A stretch of DNA of 64,000 nucleotides from a virus (lineage: Duplodnaviria > Caudoviricetes): IMG/VR virus record IMGVR_UViG_3300042542_006078; one strand, 5' to 3'. This document shows positions 19,097 through 27,609 of the stretch, piece by piece (position 1 is the stretch's first letter; the number at the start of each line of letters is the position of its first letter). Made by a program: the position numbers and the translations under genes. A model generated the notes under the pieces. That model did no database searches. It was given only the letters and a program-made list of their open reading frames with translations, and was not told where the DNA came from.

Positions 19097-19477
19097 GTGA
19101 AAGCGCACATCATTCATGTTACAGACCATGCTCTCGTTCGTTGGAAAGAAAGGGTTTCCAACGACCCATACCTTCGTGTCTATACCATTATCGATATTGT
19201 TAAAAAAGCGACAGTCTTGAAAAAAGACGAACCATTACCATACAAAACTCCCAGACAAAAAAATACTCTTTATGTGATATACGATGATATGCTTTTCATC
19301 TTGGAATCTGTTTCTATTGAAGAACACAACTTAATTACTGTCATTACCAACAACATGTCTCATGTGCAAGTTATCAAATCTCCAAGAAAAATTCGTGTTC
19401 GGTTTCAACCTGAATCAAAAAAGAAAAGACAAAAAATGCCCGCAAGAAACAAAAAAGTTTCTCTTGACGATGATTAA
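19097..19477 (+). CDS. Hypothetical protein
   Basis: GTG start, TDHALVRWKER motif and basic tail; function unclear. Confidence 0.55.
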   Translation: MKAHIIHVTDHALVRWKERVSNDPYLRVYTIIDIVKKATVLKKDEPLPYKTPRQKNTLYVIYDDMLFILESVSIEEHNLITVITNNMSHVQVIKSPRKIRVRFQPESKKKRQKMPARNKKVSLDDD

Positions 19478-20349
19478 GGCATATCTCCATTTGACTTATT
19501 AATCACATCAACAAGTTGTTCTCTTCTAGTTGTCCAATAATTCAGGGCCAAACTTTTCGCCTCCGAAAGATCAATCAAGTCTACTATTTCCCACAAACTA
19601 TTCAATCTGTCTTCAACAATATTTGAGTTGATTATTTTTGTAACCAATACAGGTGTGATTATTCCTCTTTTTGCTGTAATTTTATCATAATATATTTGGC
19701 CCAATATTATATTCACTTGTTGACCTAAAGATTGTATTTTTACATCTGATTTGTGTATTCTTGTTGCAATTCTTTGTTCATATTCCCAAATTAATTGATT
19801 TGCTTCATTTTCGTTTACTAAGTCTTCTTCGTTCCACATTGAATTCAATTTATCTAGATAAAGTCTTGGCTTAGGACTTGAAGCAATCATAACCTTTTCG
19901 AGTTGACCTTTGATTGCCGAACTGAATGAATACATCATGCTATTATTTGCATATTTTGCAACATGTTTCTTTGGCAATTCAATTTTTTCTTCTGCTCTGA
20001 CATTTTGAACTTTAACTTCTAGCATGAAAAGACCAATGATCTCTTGAGCTTCCTGTAAAGTTAAAAGTTCATCTTCTCTATAAAGGCTGTGCAAGGCATC
20101 TTCGTAAAAGTTGACAGTTTTGTAAAAAGTCTTTGTTGTGTTTTTCATGTAGACTTTTTGAATAACTATTCTCTGAAGCTTTCCTTTCAATGCTTCACTT
20201 TTCAAATAAGCAATTTCCTTATTGCCAAATCTTTTTTGAGAAGAACGCTCAAACTTCCTGTAGAAATACAAACTTGCATGTTGCTTGGCGCTGCCAAGAA
20301 CTTTTATTTCGCCGCCACCATAATATGTGTAATTCATAATTTTATGCAC
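19474..20349 (-). CDS. Hypothetical protein with three internal repeats
   Basis: Three copies of D-x-L-[HN]-S-[LM]-[YW]-x3-[DE]-L-x4-EA. Confidence 0.65.
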   Translation of the reverse strand: MHKIMNYTYYGGGEIKVLGSAKQHASLYFYRKFERSSQKRFGNKEIAYLKSEALKGKLQRIVIQKVYMKNTTKTFYKTVNFYEDALHSLYREDELLTLQEAQEIIGLFMLEVKVQNVRAEEKIELPKKHVAKYANNSMMYSFSSAIKGQLEKVMIASSPKPRLYLDKLNSMWNEEDLVNENEANQLIWEYEQRIATRIHKSDVKIQSLGQQVNIILGQIYYDKITAKRGIITPVLVTKIINSNIVEDRLNSLWEIVDLIDLSEAKSLALNYWTTRREQLVDVINKSNGDMP

Positions 20350-20836
20350 TCAAGTTGGCTATATTTCGATCAATTATTGATAACTGCGTTTGATAGTAAA
20401 TGCTTCTATCTAGATAAACAAAAGATTCTGGAACAAATATTGTTTCATTATAATTGGTGATCTCATAAGTAAGCTCTTTGTCCATATTCCAGAAAAAACC
20501 AAGAACCATGTATTGCAAACCATTGGATGTATAAACAGTATCACCAAGACTGTAAGGGATTATGTTTCTAAGTATGGAATTAAATTCCGCAAACGCTTCT
20601 CCGTTTAGCTCCACTCCACCAGTGAAAGATGAATTGAATTCACTTTGAGAAGGCGAAAAACCATCAATTATCACGCCATCCAATGATTTTATGACGATTG
20701 AATCACTTGTTCCTGATATTTCTACTCCACCAGAACCAGCAAGATTTACGAGTTTTTTAACTAGAGCTACGCCATCTATAACCACACCTTGACTAGTGGG
20801 TTGTAAATTTTGCATAATCCATTGAATAAGTGGCAT
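20342..20836 (-). CDS. Hypothetical protein
   Basis: 164-aa ORF overlapping the start of the downstream gene. Confidence 0.6.
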   Translation of the reverse strand: MPLIQWIMQNLQPTSQGVVIDGVALVKKLVNLAGSGGVEISGTSDSIVIKSLDGVIIDGFSPSQSEFNSSFTGGVELNGEAFAEFNSILRNIIPYSLGDTVYTSNGLQYMVLGFFWNMDKELTYEITNYNETIFVPESFVYLDRSIYYQTQLSIIDRNIANLSA

Positions 20837-20890
20837 AATTTTATATATTGAACAACTCTATTAGGTTGATAAAAGATCAGAGGCAAAACC

Positions 20891-21685
20891 ATGAATTTGA
20901 TAAAAAAGTGTCGTTATGGAATTATGATTTACAACAACAGCGACATATGGATTGGCCGTTCAATTGAAAGATATGGTGAATTTTCTGAATCAGAAGTTCA
21001 ACTTTTTCGTGACTGCATTAAGCCGGGATTCGCAGTTCTTGATATTGGTGCTAATATTGGTTGTCACACAATAGCTCTAAGTCGATTGGTTGAAGGAAAC
21101 GGGGTTGTTTTCGCATATGAGCCTGAAAGAAATAATTTCACCACACTATGCGGCAATATCTCAATCAACAACATAAGAAATGTTTATGCCTTCCAAAAGG
21201 CAATAGGATCAGGAAGTGGATTAATTGCCGTTCCAGAACTTGACTTGGAAAGAACTGTTAACTTTGGCGGTTTGTCTTTAGATTATGATTATTCTAGCGG
21301 TGTTCACTATCCTGTTCCACTAATTACTTTAGATGAATGTAATTTCTTAAAATGTGATTTTATCAAAATGGATATTGAAGGCATGGAAAAAATAGCACTT
21401 ATGGGTGCTGAAAAAATGATCAATAAATGCAAGCCTTTGCTTTATGTAGAAAATGATAGAGATGATAAATCTAAAGATTTGCTTGAATATATAATTTCAC
21501 TTGATTATGTGATTTATAAACACATGGCACCTCTTTACAATCCAAATAACTACTACAACGAAAAAGAAAATGTTTTTATAAATGATCAAGGAATACAGAT
21601 AGTTTCTGGTAATGTTTTTTGTCATCATAAGAGCGTTACTTGTCCGATTGATACCAAAAAGTTTGCAATGGAAAAATTAAATTGA
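20891..21685 (+). CDS. FkbM-family SAM methyltransferase
   Basis: VLDIGANIG, AYEP, FIKMDIEGME, LYVEND. Confidence 0.9.
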   Translation: MNLIKKCRYGIMIYNNSDIWIGRSIERYGEFSESEVQLFRDCIKPGFAVLDIGANIGCHTIALSRLVEGNGVVFAYEPERNNFTTLCGNISINNIRNVYAFQKAIGSGSGLIAVPELDLERTVNFGGLSLDYDYSSGVHYPVPLITLDECNFLKCDFIKMDIEGMEKIALMGAEKMINKCKPLLYVENDRDDKSKDLLEYIISLDYVIYKHMAPLYNPNNYYNEKENVFINDQGIQIVSGNVFCHHKSVTCPIDTKKFAMEKLN

Positions 21686-22575
21686 TTACAACAATTTTAG
21701 CATTTTTAATTTTTGCACAAAATCCCGCTCCTGTCGGTCTTCCATTTGACAGAAACGAGAATAACTTAGCTTTGCTTTTTACAATGACAAACGAGGAAGG
21801 AAGGCTTGAAAATATTCAACTTATGGAGAGTATTTTCAAGGACGGAAGCCTTGGTTTTAAGTCTCAAAGCTACCACAATGTTTCCTCCCCTCTCATCTAT
21901 AGTAAACTTACAGAAGGAGCAAAAGCTGTCGGAGAAGCAGGAACTCTTCTTTTTTATGTCAACAGTCATGGAGGAGGTAGCTGGAAAAATTTCAGTATGG
22001 AAGCATTAGGAGGAGATTTCAAGTTCACAAAAGCTCTGCAAGCAATCGCAAAAGGCAACAAAGTTCAAAGACTTGTAATTTTTATTGACACATGTCACGC
22101 AGAGGGAGGAATACAAGAAGGATTCCAAGAAGGCGGAAAGCCAATTCTCAATATTAGAACAGGTCTTGAAGAACTTCCAACCGCTTACAGAGTTTCAAAT
22201 CCAAACAAATTTTTTGATGATGAGCAAATTGAAGTAAACTATGGACAAGATATTGGCGCTTACAAAGAATGTCTTATACTTGCTTCCACCAATATCAATA
22301 CTTTATCAACAAGAACAATATTCCCAACCAAGATGAAATCTACTTTGCAAAAAGTAAAAGGTGATAAAACAATAACTGTAGCACAATTTCTTAAAAAGTT
22401 TGCAGAATCACATAACGATGTTTACCAGAAACCACTTTATAAAGTCCTACCAAATGAAAAGATGCTAGATGAACCATTATTCAACAATATTCCTGCTCGT
22501 GCAATAATGATAAAAGACAGAACTGGCTCTGATACCAAGATTTCAAGCACTTATATTTTATTGCCTTCAGAATAA
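21682..22575 (+). CDS. Caspase-like (clan CD) cysteine peptidase with predicted signal peptide
   Basis: LLFYVNSHGGG (His-Gly) and VIFIDTCHA (D-x-C) dyad motifs; hydrophobic N-terminus MITTILAFLIFA. Confidence 0.7.
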   Translation: MITTILAFLIFAQNPAPVGLPFDRNENNLALLFTMTNEEGRLENIQLMESIFKDGSLGFKSQSYHNVSSPLIYSKLTEGAKAVGEAGTLLFYVNSHGGGSWKNFSMEALGGDFKFTKALQAIAKGNKVQRLVIFIDTCHAEGGIQEGFQEGGKPILNIRTGLEELPTAYRVSNPNKFFDDEQIEVNYGQDIGAYKECLILASTNINTLSTRTIFPTKMKSTLQKVKGDKTITVAQFLKKFAESHNDVYQKPLYKVLPNEKMLDEPLFNNIPARAIMIKDRTGSDTKISSTYILLPSE

Positions 22576-22610
22576 ATAATTCTGAAAATTGAAACTTTCT
22601 CTAAATAATC

Positions 22611-23279
22611 ATGCTTAAACATCTGTCAAACTTCATGATTTTTGCTCATCCACGAAGCGGTTCGAGTCAACTACAAAAAATCTTCACTATCAACGGGTTA
22701 AATTCAATTTACGAACCGTTCAACTCAGATATTAAGGTTGCTAAATATTATCCAATATTTGCGGAAAAAGGTATTAAAGAATCTTTGCGCTTGATACAAC
22801 AGGAGGCTCTTGGATTCAAGCATATTTGGCAACATTTGGATTACCTGAATAATGATTTTCTACTAGCCAATGTACCAACGATTTTCTTGTGGAGAGAGAA
22901 TACTGTGGATGTCGCTATCAGCTATTGGATAGCTTTACAGACTCGTGTATGGAATGGAATAGGCGTGAAATACTCATCGAAGATTGTATTGAGTCCTCAT
23001 CGCATCTCTGCTTATATTGATGAATTGACCCAAGAATTAGAAAGATATAAGCGTAAGGCAGTGGGAGCTTTTCATTTGACTTATGAGCAAATATTTGGAC
23101 AAGACGGGTTGGATAGAGTTGAAGCTGCTTTACAATTTGCTGGCGGTCACATCAAGAATTTAGAAGAAACTCGTCTTTTATTGAAGCCTGAACTTCGCCA
23201 AAATCAAAATCCATGGTCCGAGGTGGTCAATAACTGGGATGATTTAATTGCCCACTTAAGCAAAAAAAAGTTAAATTAA
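22611..23279 (+). CDS. Sulfotransferase (Stf0-like)
   Basis: PAPS-binding HPRSGSS, EPFN, FLWREN...AIS, LTYE motifs. Confidence 0.75.
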   Translation: MLKHLSNFMIFAHPRSGSSQLQKIFTINGLNSIYEPFNSDIKVAKYYPIFAEKGIKESLRLIQQEALGFKHIWQHLDYLNNDFLLANVPTIFLWRENTVDVAISYWIALQTRVWNGIGVKYSSKIVLSPHRISAYIDELTQELERYKRKAVGAFHLTYEQIFGQDGLDRVEAALQFAGGHIKNLEETRLLLKPELRQNQNPWSEVVNNWDDLIAHLSKKKLN

Positions 23280-23297
23280 CATTTTTATTAGCTATAA

Positions 23298-24656
23298 TCA
23301 AGGAAGAGCTTCCACAACCTCTTTAATTAAATTAGACCAACTTGTTTTATAACGGAAAATTTTCATAGAAGGATACCAAGGAGTTGTATCGGCATTGTCC
23401 ATCCAACGCCAATCAGTTTCACTTCCAATTAGTAACCATGTGGGTTTTCCCATTGCTCCAGCCAAATGAGCAAGACCAGTATCTACAGTAATAACCAAAT
23501 CCATCGCATCTATTGCAGAGGCCAAATCATCAAAATTTTGTATCTTGTCTTCTAAATTAATGACATTCATATTACTAAGACCAGTACTCAAATCTACTTT
23601 TCCATCTGGCCAACTTCTTTTTGACGGTACACCTTTTAATAAGCCATAGCATTGAATCTTCTTGTTTTCTGTCAAAGGCTTGAACGAAGACACATATGTT
23701 GATCTCGTGTGATCTCTCTTGTGGTCTGGATTGCCACACCAACAAATACCTACTTTTAATTTTTTGCCAACACTTTTTAACTTCATTTTGTTTTTTGGCT
23801 TGATGTAAGGATCATGTAGTATTTTTTCTTTGTTGTCGATTTTCAGAACTTTTGGCAAACTGCAAACAGAAATGCAATAATCAGATTCAGGAGCCTTTGG
23901 CCAATCATTATTGTTTGCTCTTGGCAAAACAACATCTACATTAAAATTGTCACGAACAATATTTACAAGAGGTTCTTGTACTTCAACAATAACTTTTTCA
24001 CCAAGAGATTTAGCTTTTTCAATAAATCTGCTGAAAAGAATGAAATCTCCAAGACCTTGTTCACTATAGATTAAAAGACTCTTTTTCTTAAATTTCCTGC
24101 CATCCCAATGATCTTGTAGAAATCTTTCTTTGAATCTTTTCGTTATATCTGACGACTTAAATCGCCAATCGTACATGTTAAATCCTTCAGCATATTTACC
24201 TTGTCGCAATAATACTAAAGCAAGATTAAATGAAGCCGTAGCATGGCTTGGATTTAATTCCAAAGCTAATTTGTACATTTTTTCAGATTCTTCAAGTCTT
24301 CCCAGATTCGCCAGCACAACACCAGAGTTGTAATAAGGATCAAAAGCTTGGCCCCTTGCAAATTTTATTGCCTCATTTGCAGCTATGACAGCTTTTTCGT
24401 TTTGGCCAGTTAAACTGAAAACATGAACAATATTTGACCACAAATGCCAATTACCGGGATCAATTTTCAAAGCACGATAAAAACAATCAAGTGCTTTTTT
24501 GTGATATTTGTAATTTGTGCTATAAACGAGGCCAAGACAGTTAAGTGATTGTACTGTAAGGTGTTCGGCAATATAAATCGATTCGTGAAAACGGCCATTA
24601 TTGCTCATGTCCCATGTTTCAGAATGGAAATTAGAAAGAAAACGATCTAAGTTCAT
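23298..24656 (-). CDS. TPR-repeat protein with C-terminal GT-B (GT9-like) domain
   Basis: N-terminal TPRs, then EQGLGDFILFSRF, GICWCGNP and DLVITVDTGLAHLAGAMGKPTW, WYPSM. Confidence 0.85.
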   Translation of the reverse strand: MNLDRFLSNFHSETWDMSNNGRFHESIYIAEHLTVQSLNCLGLVYSTNYKYHKKALDCFYRALKIDPGNWHLWSNIVHVFSLTGQNEKAVIAANEAIKFARGQAFDPYYNSGVVLANLGRLEESEKMYKLALELNPSHATASFNLALVLLRQGKYAEGFNMYDWRFKSSDITKRFKERFLQDHWDGRKFKKKSLLIYSEQGLGDFILFSRFIEKAKSLGEKVIVEVQEPLVNIVRDNFNVDVVLPRANNNDWPKAPESDYCISVCSLPKVLKIDNKEKILHDPYIKPKNKMKLKSVGKKLKVGICWCGNPDHKRDHTRSTYVSSFKPLTENKKIQCYGLLKGVPSKRSWPDGKVDLSTGLSNMNVINLEDKIQNFDDLASAIDAMDLVITVDTGLAHLAGAMGKPTWLLIGSETDWRWMDNADTTPWYPSMKIFRYKTSWSNLIKEVVEALP

Positions 24657-24686
24657 GTGTGTTATCCAAAATTTTGATTAAATTGT

Positions 24687-24694
24687 TATAAATA
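24687..24694 (+). promoter_or_regulatory. T4-type late promoter consensus TATAAATA
   Basis: Exact match about 40 bp upstream of the plus-strand fibre gene cluster. Confidence 0.5.
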
Positions 24695-24736
24695 AATTAG
24701 TTTTGACATTGAAAATAAAATAAAAAGGTAATTTTT

Positions 24737-24976
24737 ATGGCGGACTTATTTAGCAGCAACATGGATTTGACAATCATGCGCCATGAGCATATTAAACTTG
24801 TTGCTCAGGCTAATATTCAAGCAAAACAAATTAGAATCATTGAATTGCAAGAAGAGATTGCTCGTTGTGGCAATGACATTGAAGCGCAGAACAAAGTAAT
24901 TGTCGAAGCAGAAAAAAACATCAGGATTCACAAAGAAGCAAAAGAAGCAAAAGAGAAAGAAAATTCATCAGGATGA
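24737..24976 (+). CDS. Small coiled-coil protein
   Basis: 79 aa, heptad-like pattern, SD AAGGT. Confidence 0.6.
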   Translation: MADLFSSNMDLTIMRHEHIKLVAQANIQAKQIRIIELQEEIARCGNDIEAQNKVIVEAEKNIRIHKEAKEAKEKENSSG

Positions 24977-25002
24977 TTTCCAAGAAAAAATAGGAGACAC
25001 AA

Positions 25003-26940
25003 ATGGCAGATATCCAAACACAACTTCCAGTTAAATTAACAGACAACACTAATACAGCCGCAATTACTGCTGGAAGTGCGCTTAAAGTTGACAACTCAAG
25101 CGTCACACAACCTGTTTCAGGTACTGTTGTTGCTTCTCCTACCGGAACTTATACCGTTACTGGTAATCTTACAGCAACATCAGGTGGAACACAAACTGTT
25201 ACAGGTCTTGGCGTTGCTGGCACTGCTGATACTGGAGTTGTAACAATCCAAGGTATTTCTGGAGGTGTTGAAGTTCCTGTTTCTGGAACAGTTACTGCCA
25301 CTCCGAATGGAACATATACTGTTGACGGCACAGTTACCGTTGGTAACTTCCCAGCCACACAAACTGTTGATGGTACTGTTGTTGCATCCCCAACTGGAAC
25401 ATACACAGTTGATGGTACTGTTACAACTAGCCCAAGCGGCACACAAACTGTTGATGGTACAGTTACCGTTGGTAACTTCCCTGCCACACAAACTGTTGAT
25501 GGTACTGTTGTTGCATCGCCAACTGGAACATACACAGTTGCTGGTTCGGTGACAACTAGCCCAAGCGGCACACAAACTGTTGATGGTACAGTTACTATTG
25601 GTAACTTCCCCGCCACACAAACTGTTGACGGCACTGTTGTTGCATCGCCAACTGGAACATACACAGTTGCTGGTTCGGTGACAACTAGCCCAAGCGGCAC
25701 ACAAACTGTTGATGGTACAGTTACCGTTGGTAACTTCCCCGCCACACAAACTGTTGACGGCACAGTTGTTGCATCCCCAACTGGCACTTATACTGTTGCT
25801 GGTTCGGTGACAACTAGCCCAAGCGGCACACAAACTGTTGATGGTACAGTTACCGTTGGCAACTTCCCCGCCACACAAACTGTTGACGGTACAGTTACTG
25901 CTTCACCAACTGGAACATACACAGTTGATGGTACTGTTACTGCAACTCCAACTGGCACTTATACTGTTGCTGGTTCGGTAACAACTAGCCCAAGCGGCAC
26001 ACAAACTGTTGATGGTACAGTTACTGCATCCCCAACTGGAACATACACAGTTGATGGTACAGTTACTGCAACTCCAACTGGCACTTATACTGTTGATGGT
26101 ACAGTTACAACTATCCCAAGCGGCACACAAACTGTTGACGGCACAGTTACTGCTTCACCAACTGGAACATACACAGTTGATGGTACTGTTACTGCAACTC
26201 CAACTGGCACTTATACTGTTGATGGTACAGTTACAACTATCCCAAGCGGCACACAAACTGTTGACGGCACAGTTACCATTGGTAACTTCCCTGCCACACA
26301 AACTGTTGACGGCACAGTTACCGTTGGTAACTTCCCTGCCACACAAACTGTTGATGGTACTGTTGTTGCATCCCCAACTGGAACATACACAGTTGATGGT
26401 ACTGTTACAACTAGCCCAAGCGGCACACAAACTGTTGACGGCACAGTTACTGCTTCGCCAACTGGAACATACACAGTTGCTGGTTCTGTAACCACAAATC
26501 CTAGCGGGACGCAAACTGTTACTGGATCTGGTTCTGCTGGCACTGCTGCTTCTGGCGTAGTAAGCGTACAAGGCATCAACAATGCTTTCCCTCTAAATGT
26601 AAGTGTTCTTTCCCAAACTGGAATTGTTGTTAATTATCAAACTTCTGCCAATGTTGCAAATACCAGCACAGCAACTCTCTCGTATACTGTAACAGCCGGA
26701 AAAACATTGTATGTTAAAGGTGTAATAGCAAGCTCGTCGGGCGCACCTTGCAAAGTTATTGTTGATGGGCCTAGCTCAACTTATGGAGTTGGTTTCTATT
26801 CTGCCGCAATGCCTTATCTTGCTATGAATTTCGTGCAACCTCCAATAGCTACTGCTGGAACAGTTGTGAGCATAAAGATTCAAAATAACGCTGGTTCCGC
26901 ACAAGATGTTTATTGCACAATGATGGGCGAAGAACGCTAA
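25003..26940 (+). CDS. Thr/Val/Gly-rich repeat fibre or surface protein
   Basis: SD AGGAG; central array of 28 TV[DA]G[TS]V modules; globular C-terminal domain. Confidence 0.8.
   Translation: MADIQTQLPVKLTDNTNTAAITAGSALKVDNSSVTQPVSGTVVASPTGTYTVTGNLTATSGGTQTVTGLGVAGTADTGVVTIQGISGGVEVPVSGTVTATPNGTYTVDGTVTVGNFPATQTVDGTVVASPTGTYTVDGTVTTSPSGTQTVDGTVTVGNFPATQTVDGTVVASPTGTYTVAGSVTTSPSGTQTVDGTVTIGNFPATQTVDGTVVASPTGTYTVAGSVTTSPSGTQTVDGTVTVGNFPATQTVDGTVVASPTGTYTVAGSVTTSPSGTQTVDGTVTVGNFPATQTVDGTVTASPTGTYTVDGTVTATPTGTYTVAGSVTTSPSGTQTVDGTVTASPTGTYTVDGTVTATPTGTYTVDGTVTTIPSGTQTVDGTVTASPTGTYTVDGTVTATPTGTYTVDGTVTTIPSGTQTVDGTVTIGNFPATQTVDGTVTVGNFPATQTVDGTVVASPTGTYTVDGTVTTSPSGTQTVDGTVTASPTGTYTVAGSVTTNPSGTQTVTGSGSAGTAASGVVSVQGINNAFPLNVSVLSQTGIVVNYQTSANVANTSTATLSYTVTAGKTLYVKGVIASSSGAPCKVIVDGPSSTYGVGFYSAAMPYLAMNFVQPPIATAGTVVSIKIQNNAGSAQDVYCTMMGEER
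25318..26514 (+). repeat. Coding tandem array of 42/45-nt modules
   Basis: 7 modules of type TVDGTVTVGNFPATQ (15 aa) and 21 of types TVDGTVVASPTGTY or TVAGSVTTSPSGTQ (14 aa); total 399 aa = 1197 nt. Confidence 0.9.
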
Positions 26941-26962
26941 AAGTTGAAAAATAATCTATTAC

Positions 26963-26995
26963 AGAAGACCCGTGAATAATTTACGGGTCTTTTTG
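26963..26995 (+). terminator. Intrinsic terminator
   Basis: AAGACCCGTGAA-taa-TTTACGGGTCTT followed by a T run. Confidence 0.8.
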
Positions 26996-27030
26996 TTTAA
27001 TTCTTTCCAAAAAACTCTAAATACAATATC

Positions 27031-27597
27031 ATGGGTGACTTATCAAGAGTTCAAAATTCAATACCAGTTCAACTTGTAGATGCTAATGATTTACAAGTTG
27101 TAGATATTACCACTAATACCCCTAGTGGAACAGAATCTGGTATTGTTGTCAGAAATATTCCAAGCGGAACACAAACTGTCGGAGGAACCATAACTGCTTC
27201 TCCAACAGGAACTTACACGGTTGCCGGATCAGTAACAGCAGTTCCATCTGGAACACAGACTGTAGCAGGGACTGTGACTGCAAGTCCTACTGGCACTTAC
27301 ACAGTAACTCTCGATACAACGAGTTATAAAAGCAAAGGGCTGAACACCTTAAGCACAGTTGCTCCAAATGGAACTGCAACTTCAGTTGTGGCTGTTAATG
27401 CTAATAGAGCAAGTTTATTGATTTATAATTCTGGTTCTGTGACTGTTTATCTTGGACAATCGAATATTGTAACTACATCAGATGGCATCCCTTTACTGCC
27501 AAACGCAAGTCTTGAAGACACAGAAAGCAAAGACTCTTGGTATGCAATAACCGGAGGTTCTACTGGCAATCTTCGTGTTGTAGAAACATCAATCTAA
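27031..27597 (+). CDS. Virion protein sharing the Thr-rich module
   Basis: Contains PSGTQTVGGTITASPTGTYTVAGSV modules like those of the upstream gene. Confidence 0.7.
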   Translation: MGDLSRVQNSIPVQLVDANDLQVVDITTNTPSGTESGIVVRNIPSGTQTVGGTITASPTGTYTVAGSVTAVPSGTQTVAGTVTASPTGTYTVTLDTTSYKSKGLNTLSTVAPNGTATSVVAVNANRASLLIYNSGSVTVYLGQSNIVTTSDGIPLLPNASLEDTESKDSWYAITGGSTGNLRVVETSI

Positions 27598-27609
27598 GTA
27601 GGAAAAAAG

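Noticed and set aside
24703-24708. Perfect TTGACA upstream of the fibre cluster
   Set aside because: No -10 box at 16-18 nt spacing.
25318-26514. Regularly spaced DNA repeats as a possible CRISPR array
   Set aside because: Units are contiguous, in frame, vary at synonymous positions and have no unique spacers; no cas genes in the window.
25149-26582. Antisense and alternative-frame ORFs over the Thr-rich array
   Set aside because: Shadows of the coding repeat.
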